Source: Octopus sinensis
Taxonomy: Eukaryota
Length of the DNA: 18,227 nt
NCBI RefSeq assembly: GCF_006345805.1
Contig: NW_021824549.1
Span: 1 to 18,227 of the forward strand
Direction: 5' to 3'
The translations under genes and the position numbers were made by a program. This document shows, in pieces, positions 1 to 10,800 of this stretch. Numbering within the stretch: the first letter of the stretch is position 1; the number at the start of each line of letters is the position of its first letter. A model generated the notes under the pieces. That model made no database searches, was not told the origin of the DNA, and saw only the letters and a program-made list of their open reading frames with translations.

Positions 1-4
1 CCTT

Positions 5-134
5 CACTCACACACATACACACGCACACAACAACAGCCACACACACCGCGCGCGCGCACACATGCACGCACGCACACACGCACACACACACACACGCAC
101 ACACGCGCACACACACACACACACCCGCACGCAA

Positions 135-184
<50 letters not shown>

Positions 185-185
185 G
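5..185. repeat. (CA)n/(CACG)n compound microsatellite
   Basis: Read directly; it accounts for the HTHT/CVCV ORFs at 4-318. Confidence 0.97.
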
Positions 186-455
186 TTGGTATACAGTGGT
201 TGCAATGAAAGGCTGTGCAACCGTGCTGACACAATAAACCTGAAGAAACAGTACTAAAATGCAATGCTAAAACTGTTCCTCTATGTAATACAACTTCCTC
301 CGCCGCAATTTTTCTCAAAGTTTCTTATATTTCAAAACAAATTACAGTCAAGTAATTTCACCATACTCCAAAAACAGTTTTATTATAAATGAGGTTTTAC
401 CAAGAAATCCTTTCATATTATTGCATACATAAATGCACGTACATGTTAGTGGTGG

Positions 456-704
456 GTGTGTGCGTGCGTGGGTGAGAGTGTGTGTGTGTGCGCGTAGGTG
501 CGTGCACGTAGATGCGTGCGCGTAGATGCGTGCGCGTAGATGCGTGCGCGTAGATGCGTGCGCGTAGATGCGTGCGCGTAGATGCGTGCGCGTGTGTGCG
601 TGAGCCTTTGTGTGTACGTGCGTGTGTGCGTGTGCTTGCGTGTGTGCGTGTGTGTGCGTATGTTTTTGCGTGTGCGTGCGCACGCGCGTGTGTGTGAGTG
701 TGTG
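456..704. repeat. (TG/CG)n tract containing a 14-bp minisatellite (CGTAGATGCGTGCG) x7 at 493-590
   Basis: Six exact units at 507-590 plus one variant unit at 493-506, inside alternating purine-pyrimidine sequence. Confidence 0.95.
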
Positions 705-769
705 CCATAATAAGAATCTTCCATCTGCATGATGGCATTTAAAATCTTCTTTTCCCATCTATCGAACAG

Positions 770-876
770 TCTTATGAATCGATACCAGAAAGAGATGTCA
801 ACCTTTGCGAAACACAATCCGTGAAATGCTGGATTCAGGCCTCATATGTCGTCGTCAACAAACTGCGATCTGAGAT
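770..876 (+). CDS. Candidate coding exon, product unknown (SYESIPERDVNLCETQSVKCWIQASYVVVNKLRSE-)
   Basis: Pyrimidine-rich ...TCTTCTTTTCCCATCTATCGAACAG acceptor, AT|GTTAGT donor, one open frame, non-repetitive. No recognisable homology. Confidence 0.2.
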
Positions 877-1128
877 GTTAGTGAGACTCCCGGAAGATAT
901 AGCCCCCTACATTGTAAGCAAGTACGCCTGTGGGGGACACTAGACGTAGATATAAACAAGTAATATACTAAGCTAAGTCCACCACCCAGCAGTACCTAGG
1001 TATAACAATGAGGTACACTGCACCCATTTTTATGAAGATACGACACCTGGTTGTAATTGAGTCCCACTTAGAAGGGCAGAGCATCTAACTGCAAGTCCTG
1101 ATCTGTTGAAGATAATTGCTACACTATA

Positions 1129-1536
1129 GGCGCAGGAGTGGCTGTGTGGTAAGTAGATTGCTAACCAACCACATGGTTCCGGGTTCAGTCCCACTGCGTG
1201 GCATCTTGGGCAGTGTGTTTTTCTGCTATAGCCCCGGGCCGACCAATGCCTTGTGAGTGGATTTGGTAGACGAAAACTGAAAGAAGCCTGTCGTATATAT
1301 GTAATATATATAAGTGTGTGTATGTGTTTGTGTGTCTGTGTTGTCCCCCTAGCATTGCTTGACAACCGATGCTGGTGTGTTTACGACCTCGTTACTTCGC
1401 GGTTCGGCAAAAGAGACCGATAGACTAAGTACTGGGCTTACAAAGAATAAGACCCGGGGTCGATTTGCTCGACTAAAGGCGGTGCTCCAGCATGGCCGCA
1501 GTCAAATGACTGAAACAAGTAAAAGAGTAAAAGAGT
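1129..1536 (+). mobile_element. tRNA-derived SINE, family A, full-length copy
   Basis: A-box-like TGGCTGTGTGG, B-box-like GGTTCAGTCCC, internal (TA)/(TG) tract, tail ending AAACAAGTAAAAGAGTAAAAGAGT. Aligns end to end with 9254-9664 and, inverted, with 14453-14863. Confidence 0.92.
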
Positions 1537-1660
1537 ACTGCTCAATAGGGACTGAGGATCTGACACAATTGTCCGGGAATAGACGACTGGATACGGCTGA
1601 CTGCATATTCAGCCTGTTTAGTGTTCACGTAGAGAAATATGCATATAGAGATGAAGCGAA

Positions 1661-1867
1661 TGAGAGGAGGGAGAGAGAGTGAGAGAGAAGTAGAGAGAAG
1701 GAGAGAAGAAGAGGGAAACAGAGGGAGTGAGAGAAGGGACCTAAGTCATTAAGTGAACACGATTGGCATAAACACTTTCCTTCTTCTCATACACTTGGAT
1801 ATAAGTATGTTCGCATGGAGAGATAAAGAGAGAGAGAGGGGGAGGAGGAGGAGGAGGAGGGGAAGGA
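1661..1867. repeat. Polypurine (GA)n/(GGA)n tracts (1661-1740, 1820-1867)
   Basis: Read directly. Confidence 0.85.
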
Positions 1868-2631
1868 ATGGACAGAAACATTAAAACGAGGAAGACAAAA
1901 AAATTCCGATGTCAAAGAAGTCAGCGTCGAATCAGCGATGCCTAACTCGCTTTGACAGAACGACTCATTCCCGTTAAAGGTAGGCAGCACAGTAGAACAG
2001 AGGCCACCAGAGGCCAAATACTTAGCACACAGTAGCAGATTCTACCATTATAAGCTGGCATCAGGAAGTAATAAAATAGTCACATGACGGTTTGCAAAGC
2101 GATGAATAGATCCCAGTGTTGCCAAAGGCTATCTACAACCTTCCCTGGCAGTGTCCCAGAAATTTATCCCGAATATACACAATATACATAACCTGACCAA
2201 AACTAGGCATAAACATGCACAATGCATTGAGTGTTTGGCTATCGGGGGTAGGGGGACACCCCATTAACATTTGCCCCGTGTTCAGTATCGGAAGTGTATT
2301 CTGTTGACGAGGGTGTCAGACAGACGTCTATGGCTAGAAACACTGGCCAAGCTTACAAAAATGATAGAATTTAACCATTTTACTTTTATATGCTCACAAT
2401 TACAGCGAAAAGAAGAAAGCCATACACTTTTTCTCTTATTTTTACTCGCGAGCAGGGGCCAACGGTCCGAAATATTAAATTTTCTATCCCATAACTTACT
2501 GTTAATGGCAATGCATTACAATATAATTTCCCTGTGCATAGCGTGATCAGCAGTTGAATTCTGTGTATCATTATTATTTATATCAGAAAGATCTCATGTT
2601 TCCTTGTTATTCCCACCCTACATCTTTTTTT

Positions 2632-2970
2632 GTGAAGGCGCGTGGCTCAGTGGTTTGGGCGTCGAGCTTACGATCGTGAGGTTGTGAGCTCGAATCCCGG
2701 ACCGGGCTGCGTGTTGTGTTCTTGAGCAAGACACTTTATTTCACGTTGCTCCAGTTCACTCAGCTGTAGAAATGAGTTGCGACGTCACAGGTGCCAAGCT
2801 GTATCGACCTTTGTCTTTCCCTTGGACAACATCGGTGACGTGGAGAGGGGAGGCCGGTATGCATGGGCGACTGCTGGTCTTCCATAAAACAACCTCGCCC
2901 AGACTTGTGCCTTAGAGGGTAACTCTCTAGGTGCAAACCCATGGTCAGTGTCTGACCGAAGGGGGTCACC
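2632..2970 (+). mobile_element. tRNA-derived CORE-type SINE with 12-bp TSD
   Basis: Head TGGCTCAGTGG ... GCTCGAATCCC. Central CTTGAGCAAGACACTTTATTTCACGTTGCTCCAGTTCACTCAGCTGTAGAAATGAG aligns by eye to the MIR/CORE domain. Direct repeat ACATCTTTTTTT at 2620-2631 and 2971-2982. Confidence 0.85.
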
Positions 2971-3569
2971 ACATCTTTTTTTTTATTATTTTGTACTCTA
3001 TTGTTACGAAAAGCCGTTAAAATCACCGCAAAGCAGCATGGTGCAGTGAATAACAGTCCAATGGAATTCACTGCACCTCACTAAAGTGCACTTTGCATTT
3101 GTGCAACAAAAGCAAGTTGTTACTGTTGTCATTTAGCCCTGGCCAACCCTAATCGTACAGATATATCACCAAAAGCATTCCTGCCGTGATCAACCTGCCA
3201 TTTTAGAAATACGTTGAACAATGCATCCTTTCTGTCTAAGACAAAGAGTGAGTTGCTGGTGTTGTTACTGCTACATCTAGTAAGTCAAGTGATCACTGAA
3301 GCATCAACCGGGGGCGTTTTGAAAATACACAAGCAACTGTTGGGGAATGTCTGTGCTGAAGACGGCAGTCAATTATTAATCTTGTGATTCTCTGAAATCG
3401 TTATTTTGGTCTCAGATTAAACCGATCTATACTGTAATTTTTAGCACACGCCCACGCGCACACATGTATGCGCGCGCACACATGTATGCGCACGCACACA
3501 CACATATGGGCATGTAGATGCACATATATATGTATACATGTATACATGTATATAAGTATGTATACATGG

Positions 3570-3609
3570 ATAGATAGATAGATAGATAGACAGACAGAGA
3601 GATAGATAG

Positions 3610-3664
<55 letters not shown>

Positions 3665-3673
3665 GTAGGTAGG

Positions 3674-3725
<52 letters not shown>

Positions 3726-3740
3726 CAGACAGATAGATAG
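3570..3740. repeat. (GATA)n/(GACA)n microsatellite
   Basis: Read directly. Confidence 0.97.
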
Positions 3741-3762
3741 TGTTTGCAATTTGCATGTGTAT

Positions 3763-3919
3763 ATACATAAATGCATACATACTTGCATACATACATACAT
3801 ACACAAATGCATACATACATACATACACAAATGCATACATACATACATACATACATGCATACATACATACATACATACATACATGCATACATACATACAT
3901 ACATACATGCATACATACA
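3763..3919. repeat. (TACA)n microsatellite with interspersed ATGC variants
   Basis: Read directly. Confidence 0.95.
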
Positions 3920-3934
3920 CTCGTATTTAAATAG

Positions 3935-4054
3935 GTTTGCCTGCGGGAAAGAAATGGTCCAACCCCAGCATAAACACTTCTTGGTTGATTCCATGGAAGC
4001 CTCAATAATAACGCGTGGCAGTGAGCGTTGCAATATGACTGCAGGTGGCCGCAA
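3935..4054 (+). CDS. Candidate coding exon, product unknown (-FACGKEMVQPQHKHFLVDSMEASIITRGSERCNMTAGGR-)
   Basis: TTTAAATAG acceptor, AA|GTAAGA donor, 120 nt, one open frame (phase 2-2). No recognisable homology, and the minus strand also has open frames. Confidence 0.22.
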
Positions 4055-4378
4055 GTAAGAGAAGAAGACTACGGAGCAGACAATCTTAGGCACACAACAG
4101 ACTGCAGACGAATCGCTGGCTAAAAGTACAGAGAGTCAATGTTAACAAGAAATAATTAGGAAGCGTCTAGAAAATGTGGTGCTGCACGAAGCTTGAGGAT
4201 GGTTTGAGCAGAAGACACTTGAAGTAAAGAGAGTTAATGTATGTAGTCGTTTAGCTAGAGTGTAATTTCTCGACAAGCCTACTTAAGACATTCTCAACAC
4301 TCGCTAATAGTTTTCGCTAACTGTAATTATAGTCTTGCATCTGACGTCAGTAAAAAAAAAAAACTGTTGATGTCAGTG

Positions 4379-4380
<2 letters not shown>

Positions 4381-4421
<41 letters not shown>

Positions 4422-4566
4422 GAAACATATTCATATATACCGTGCGCGTATGTATAAATATATATCTAGAGACAGAAAATTAAGTACATGCATATAAATA
4501 CATCACTGTCTTTGTATGTTCGCACGTACGTATGCACATATATATATACAGATATACATATATATA

Positions 4567-4627
<61 letters not shown>

Positions 4628-4679
4628 TATACATATACATATACATATAAATATACATATACATACATCTATATATATA

Positions 4680-4710
<31 letters not shown>

Positions 4711-4759
4711 CATATATGTATACACATATACATATATATATAAATACATATATATTATG

Positions 4760-4808
<49 letters not shown>

Positions 4809-4824
4809 TACATATACATATTAT

Positions 4825-4857
<33 letters not shown>

Positions 4858-4930
4858 GCATCTATATATACATATATATACATCTACATATTATAAATAT
4901 ATACGTACATCTACATTCATATATATATGA
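4381..4930. repeat. (AC)n at 4381-4422 and long degenerate (AT)n at 4536-4930
   Basis: Read directly; explains the YIYI ORFs. Confidence 0.95.
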
Positions 4931-5257
4931 ATGTATGTATGTACACACATATCCATATATAAACGCAGGTACACTCACACATGCATATATATATTCGTGT
5001 GTGTGTGTGTGCGTATTTGTGTGTATCTGTACGTGTCTGTGTGTGTATGTGTGCGTGCTAGTAAATGTAGGTTGTATTCTTCTGTTGTAATGGTACATGT
5101 ACCTATTTTCAAGTATATCTGTGTGCATGGCTATATACACACACGTGTGTATACGTGTCTATGTGCATGTATATATATATGTATACGCGTATACTTAAAA
5201 TATGTTCGTAGTTTCATATGAACGTCAGTGAGCATATATTTATGAATGCATATATAC

Positions 5258-5296
<39 letters not shown>

Positions 5297-5386
5297 TGTG
5301 TACATCAGTATGTGCGTGTGCGTGCGTGTTTGTGTGTGTGTGTGTTTGTGTGTATGTATGTGTATGTGTGTGTGTACATCAGTATA

Positions 5387-5418
<32 letters not shown>

Positions 5419-5852
5419 TGTGTGTATGTATGTGTATGTGTGTGTGTACATCAGTATATGTGTGTGTGTTTGTGTGTGTGTGTGTTTGTGTGTATGTATG
5501 TGTGTGTATGTGTACATCAGTATGTGCGTGTGCGTGCGTGTTTGTGTGTGTGTGTGTGTGTGTGTTTGTGTGTATGTATGTGTATGTGTGTGTGTACATC
5601 AGTATATGTGTGTGTGTTTGTGTGTGTGTGTTTGTGTGTGTGTGTGTTTGTGTGTATGTATGTGTGTGTATGTGTACATCAGTATGTGTGTGCGTGCGTG
5701 TTTGTGTGTGTGTGTGTTTGTGTGTTTGTGTGTATGTATACGTGTGTGTGTACATCAGTGTGTGTGTGTGTGTTTGTGTGTATGTCTGTGTGTGTGTGTG
5801 TGTGTGTACATCAGTAAGTGTGTGTGCGTGCGTGCGTGCGTGTATGTATATG
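5258..5852. repeat. (TG)n-based minisatellite with 8 TACATCAGT-marked units of 56-82 bp
   Basis: TACATCAGT at 5301, 5375, 5447, 5513, 5595, 5675, 5751 and 5807, separated by TG-rich sequence. Confidence 0.92.
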
Positions 5853-5978
5853 TAGCGAGAAACATACACACCGCTGATTAGAGTTGCTCATTCAACATCA
5901 CGTGAATTACATAAGTAGTGAAGGAGGTTCTGTGTGTGATGTGGCAGCGAGGGTGAGGGTACTTGGGGTAAGGATGAG

Positions 5979-6283
5979 GCGGTGGTGGTGGTGGTGGTGG
6001 TGGCGATAGGTGGGGGGTAGAGGCGGTAAGGGGTGACGGTGTTCATCTACCATTCCATTCATATCATTTCCGTATGCTTTATAAAAGAATAGTGTGTAAC
6101 AGGTCGGGGTAGTCACGGATGGGTTGGTTAAGAAAATGTAATATTGCTCGTGATAGTAACAGGGTAATAGTAATCGTCGTAATGATGTTGTTGTTGTTGG
6201 TGGTGGTGGTGATGGTAAAGGTGAGGGTGGCGGTGGCCTAAGGGATTGCGTTAGTGTTGTTGTTGCTGTTGTTATTGTACTTG

Positions 6284-6329
<46 letters not shown>

Positions 6330-6606
6330 GGTTGTGGTGGTGGTGGTGGTGGTGGTGGTGGTTGTGGTGGTGGTGGTAGTGGTGGTGGTTGAGGTCTCAG
6401 TTTGAAGACGCTGATGATGATGATGATGAGGAGGAGGAGTAGGATGTCGGTAGAGTGTGTGGTAGTTGTGGTTGTGGTAGTGATACTGGAGTTTTTACGA
6501 GGCGGTGGAGGTTATAGTAGTAAGAATAGATATGGCAGTGGCGGAAGAAGCAGCGGTGGTGGTGGTGGTGGTGGTGGTGGTGGTGGTGGTGGTGGTGGTG
6601 GTGGTT
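5979..6606. repeat. Degenerate (GGT)n/(GTT)n/(GAT)n trinucleotide region
   Basis: Pure runs at about 5979-6003, 6284-6390 and 6556-6606, with decayed triplet sequence between them. Confidence 0.9.
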
Positions 6607-7311
6607 TTGATGTGAGGGCTGACACCTTCACTATCATTAATAGTATATCTAAGACATCTACATTATTCAGTGTGTCCTTCCATGTTTTAGAAAGGGCAGG
6701 TGACGGTTACTGAACATTTGGCTGACATTTCTAGCATAGGGATTGACCTTATCGGGGTGATGTTTGTTGTTAAATGTTATAAATGGTGGGGCGTGGAGAT
6801 AGTGAGTGAGGATGTGCATTGTAGTAGGGGATATGGAACTTATGAAACTGTCTAAGATTGAGGTCATTATATGCTTAAATATAGGCATAAATAAATATAT
6901 AGAACAGATGTAGAGACACACACACATTCATAGATACATACTTTCAGAGAAACGCGCACGCGCGCTTGCAATTCACTTGCCGCAAAACGCTGTCTGCGAG
7001 ACCGATTTGTTTGAATTTATAAATAATTGTACAATCACTGAATGATATCTACAAAAAGAAAGAAAGAAAAAAAAAAAACTCATTCTTAATTTTCTAAAAT
7101 ACCTTAAGGAAAAAAAAAAAAAAAAGCTAATGAAAATCGATAGAAAGAATGAATAAATAAATAAATAAATTGGATGGAGTTTAAGGCTTTATGAACTTTA
7201 TTAGTTTGTGTATCATTTACGTACTTTCACAGCTTATAGACATGTACAGACACACGGACAGACACGGTTGCACACACACACAATTCTTTCTCTCTTCCCC
7301 CTATCTCTCTC

Positions 7312-7374
<63 letters not shown>

Positions 7375-7376
<2 letters not shown>

Positions 7377-7642
7377 AATAAATGAAAGAATGGAGTTGAA
7401 CGACGAATAACAAAATTCCTTTATTTTCGACATATGTTTCGAAGGCTGCATATTCCTAATTTCGAAGGAATAAGGGGTGCATTATGCCGCCTTCTCATCA
7501 GGAAAAACAAGGAACTTATGTCAGCATCAAGATGAGAAGGCGGCATAAAGCACCCCTTATTCCTTCGAAATTAGGAATATGCAGCCTTCGAAACATATTT
7601 TGTTAATTCGTCGTTCAACTCCATTCTTTATTTATTTATTTG
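7375..7642. mobile_element. Fold-back (palindromic) MITE-like element, TA-flanked
   Basis: Arms 7373-7499 and 7531-7644 are reverse complements around a 31-nt spacer. Ends are TA|CAAATAAA ... TTTATTTG|TA. Confidence 0.8.
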
Positions 7643-8432
7643 TATTAAAAAAAACACACAAATTTCCACACGAAAGCACGTGATCTCTGCCCTAGGCATG
7701 TAGCTTCAACCGTGTTTTTCTGACGTGAATTTGCTACCCAGGTATCGGTTAACCGAATTATCCATAATAAGATAATTCATTCAACTACTCAAATATTTAT
7801 ATATATATATATATATATATATGGGTAGTAAGGGATATGGGATGGGGGATCATGCTGCTACCACAGTAAGCTCCCTAAACGGACTCGGCTAGCCATCAAC
7901 ATAATAATCAATTACATAGCAGGGTAAAGTGTCCAGGTAATTGAAAATCCAGAAAATCCGAGCGATGAAATTATTCTATGGGGAAAATATAAAAACAAAA
8001 ATTCCGGAGCTATCAGAGGTGAATACAGATATATTTAAGAACGTGATCATGGGATTACGGCCGTTTCGCGACCGATTTCATATATTACTAATTTCAGTAT
8101 ACAAGGAAATATGCGTACATATTTGCGTTGATATGTATGCTCAGCGTAGTTCAATACAGTTATATAGTCACAAATTAACGCAAATAAATAAACTACCTCA
8201 TCAGATTACTGGAATACCATGATTATTACATCAACAGTTCAACTCTGAATATAGAGGCAAAATTCACACTTTATACATGGAATGTATGGAAGGCGAGAAC
8301 TGGAATGTATGGAAGGTCAAAATTACGTTGATTTGGTAAGCATCAGAGTAAAGATATACTGTAGTTCTATTATTATTGAAAACATTTTCTTTGTATGTGA
8401 ACAGCCTCATATCAGTGAAACTGGAAAGAAGA

Positions 8433-8697
8433 TAAGGGATTAACCATCCTTTAAGCAAAATAACAAAAGATACAGAAAAAAAAACAAAATGATAAAGTAA
8501 AAATCAAATAACATAATAAGCAAATAATTTTTTGTTTGTTACTAAAGTAATTACACAGGTGGGTAGGCGGAGGGGGGGAGAAAAACAGAGTCTACAGATG
8601 ATTCTACAGCAGTCTTGAACGACCGCTTCAAGGCAGGAAGGTCAATTTAATAACAAGAAATTGTGTTCTTCAACAACAAACTTTTATTGGAAGTCAA
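8433..8697. repeat. Unclassified dispersed repeat, copy 1 (paralogous to 11965-12233)
   Basis: Shared blocks CTAAAGTAATTACACAGGTGG, GATTCTACAG, GCTTCAAGGCAGG, AGAAATTGTGT and GGAAGTCAA occur in the same order in both copies. Confidence 0.8.
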
Positions 8698-8799
8698 CTA
8701 AGATCACCAAACACAGAAAGAATTTGGACTTTCAGGTATCCACCCCCTCTCACTTCAACCACACCGTAACATGCTATTCATAGAGAGAGAGTTAATCTG

Positions 8800-8966
8800 G
8801 ACTACACACATATACATACGTATATACACACACACACACACATACACATATGTATAGAAAGTAAGACAGAGACTATATATATTCTAAAACACGAATACAT
8901 AAATATACTTCTACATACAAATGCGAACATAGATTCCCAATACATATATATACGTGCATACACATC

Positions 8967-9016
<50 letters not shown>

Positions 9017-9250
9017 CAAATATATATACACATAAATATATATGCATACACCTACATAAACACTCACACACACAGCAATAAGCTACAGCTATACACCTAC
9101 AGAACAAACTCCAAGTTGTACAGACATATATCGATACATTTATACGAACAGAGAATCACACACATACACACACACGCGCGTGTATATATGCATTCACACG
9201 AACATATACATACACACACATACACACTTGCAAAAATACATATATATGCA
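8800..9250. repeat. Mixed (CA)n/(TA)n low-complexity region
   Basis: Read directly. Confidence 0.85.
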
Positions 9251-9253
9251 TAT

Positions 9254-9664
9254 AGGAGTGGCTGTGTGGTAAGTAGCTTGTTTACCAGCCACATGGTTCC
9301 GGGTTCAATCCCACTGCGTGACACCTTGGGCAAGTGTCTTCTACTATAGCCTCGGGCCGACCAAAGCCTTGTGAGTGGATTTGGTAGATGGAAACTGAAA
9401 GAAGCCCGTCGTATATATGTATATATATATGCGTGTGTGTGTTTGTGTGTTTGTATTTGTCCCCCTAGCATTGCTTGACAACCGATGCTGGTGTGTTTAT
9501 GTCCCCGTTACTTAGCGGTTCGGCAAAAAAGACTGATAAAATAAGTACTGGGCATACAAAAGAATAAGTCCCGGGGTCGAGTTGCTCGATGAAAGGCGGT
9601 GCTCCAGCATGGCCGCAGTCAAATGACTGAAACAAGTAAAAAGAAAGAAAAAGAAAGAAAAAGA
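9254..9664 (+). mobile_element. tRNA-derived SINE, family A
   Basis: Colinear with 1129-1536. B-box GGTTCAATCCC; A-rich (AAAAAGAAAG)n tail; possible TSD ATGCATATA (9246-9254 / 9671-9679) in low-complexity context. Confidence 0.92.
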
Positions 9665-9942
9665 ATATGCATGCATATACACAAACACCTATATGAATAT
9701 ATATATATATATATATACCCAGTCATTGAGTTGAATTAGGAGAATCTGTTCTATCAAAAGTAAAATTTCCAAAACCTCATATATATAAGATTAAACCTGC
9801 CAAGGATGAAACTAAGAAAGGTCAGTGGTGTAGAATAAGAGAAATAGGCCAGCCATCAACGAGGAACAATTTCAGTTTCATTTACATAGAATAGATTGGG
9901 CCTCAGAATATATGGCTATAAGAGACTCTGTATGGCTATATT

Positions 9943-10114
9943 ACAGCTCTATATTTAAGAGACGAGGAATTATGTACATTATTTAGATTACCTACATTTG
10001 ATTATCTATATTTGTCCTAATCTTGTTTGTTGTTACTACAACGTTTCGGCTGATATATCCTCCAGCCTTCATCAGGTGTCTTGGGGAAATTTCGAACGTG
10101 GGTTTCATTCCAAG
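9943..10114 (-). mobile_element. Inverted 3' segment of the hammerhead-bearing SINE (family H, segment a)
   Basis: Reverse complement aligns with 17318-17476 and 10717-10856. Confidence 0.88.
10035..10080 (-). ncRNA. Minimal type I hammerhead ribozyme motif (copy a)
   Basis: Minus strand reads GACAC-CTGATGA-A-GGCTG-GAGGATATAT-CAGCC-GAAA-CGTT-GTAGT. Core intact; stem I needs a bulge. Confidence 0.72.
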
Positions 10115-10124
10115 CAGTGACATG

Positions 10125-10151
10125 AATAATAATAATAATAATAATAATAAC

Positions 10152-10199
<48 letters not shown>

Positions 10200-10200
10200 T

Positions 10201-10290
<90 letters not shown>

Positions 10291-10388
10291 TAATAAATAA
10301 TAATGATGATGATGATGATAATAATAATAATAATAATAATGGCCTCAGCGGATGGCTGAAACAAGTAAAAGAGTAAAAGAGTAAAAGA

Positions 10389-10451
<63 letters not shown>

Positions 10452-10482
10452 TGATGATGATGATAATAATAAAATGATGATG

Positions 10483-10527
<45 letters not shown>

Positions 10528-10547
10528 TTATAATAATAATAATAATT

Positions 10548-10587
<40 letters not shown>

Positions 10588-10631
10588 TAATATAATAATA
10601 ATAATATAATAATAATAATATGATGATGATG

Positions 10632-10667
<36 letters not shown>

Positions 10668-10707
10668 TAATAATAATAATAATAATAACAACAATAACAA
10701 CAACAAC
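10125..10707. repeat. (AAT)n/(GAT)n/(AAC)n microsatellite inside family H element
   Basis: Read directly. Confidence 0.97.
10341..10390 (+). mobile_element. 50-bp 3' tail fragment of SINE family A inserted in the (AAT)n array
   Basis: GGCCTCAGCGGATGGCTGAAACAAGTAAAAGAGTAAAAGAGTAAAAGAGT matches the tail at 1494-1536. Confidence 0.85.
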
Positions 10708-10754
10708 ATCGAAAATACCTTAGGAATGAGAACCCAGTTTCGAAACTTCCCCAA

Positions 10755-10800
10755 GACTCTTGATGAAGGCTGGAGGGCATACCAGCCGAAACGTTCTGTT
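10755..10800 (+). ncRNA. Degenerate hammerhead motif (copy b)
   Basis: GACTC-TTGATGA-A-GGCTGG-AGGGCATA-CCAGCC-GAAA-CGTT-CTGTT. C3 is changed to T and stem I is disrupted, so it is probably inactive. Confidence 0.55.

Noticed and set aside
186-257. Cys-containing peptides (CNERLCN on plus, [13 protein letters not shown] on minus) suggesting Ly6 or laminin-EGF exons
   Set aside because: Too short, conflicting strands, and no supporting neighbouring exons. The minus-strand acceptor near 239 is plausible but unassignable.
1959-1979. 21-nt micro-exon candidate (CTAAC...TTTGACAG / AAG|GTAGGC)
   Set aside because: It introduces a TAA in the phase needed for the candidate chain, and there is no independent support.
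1930-2075. Minus-strand hydrophobic stretch ICYCVLSIWPLVASVLLCCLPLTGMSR resembling GPCR TM4
   Set aside because: Bounded by stops, no convincing donor site, and no other TM segments found.
3041-3076. 11-bp inverted repeat GTGCAGTGAAT/ATTCACTGCAC with 14-nt loop
   Set aside because: Single and short, with no family or functional context.
4341-4350. CTGACGTCAG palindrome (CRE site)
   Set aside because: An isolated short motif with no identified promoter or gene start.
5301-5815. CRISPR-like periodic repeat
   Set aside because: The anchor is only 9 nt, the spacers are related TG-slippage sequence rather than unique, there are no cas genes, and the context is eukaryotic.
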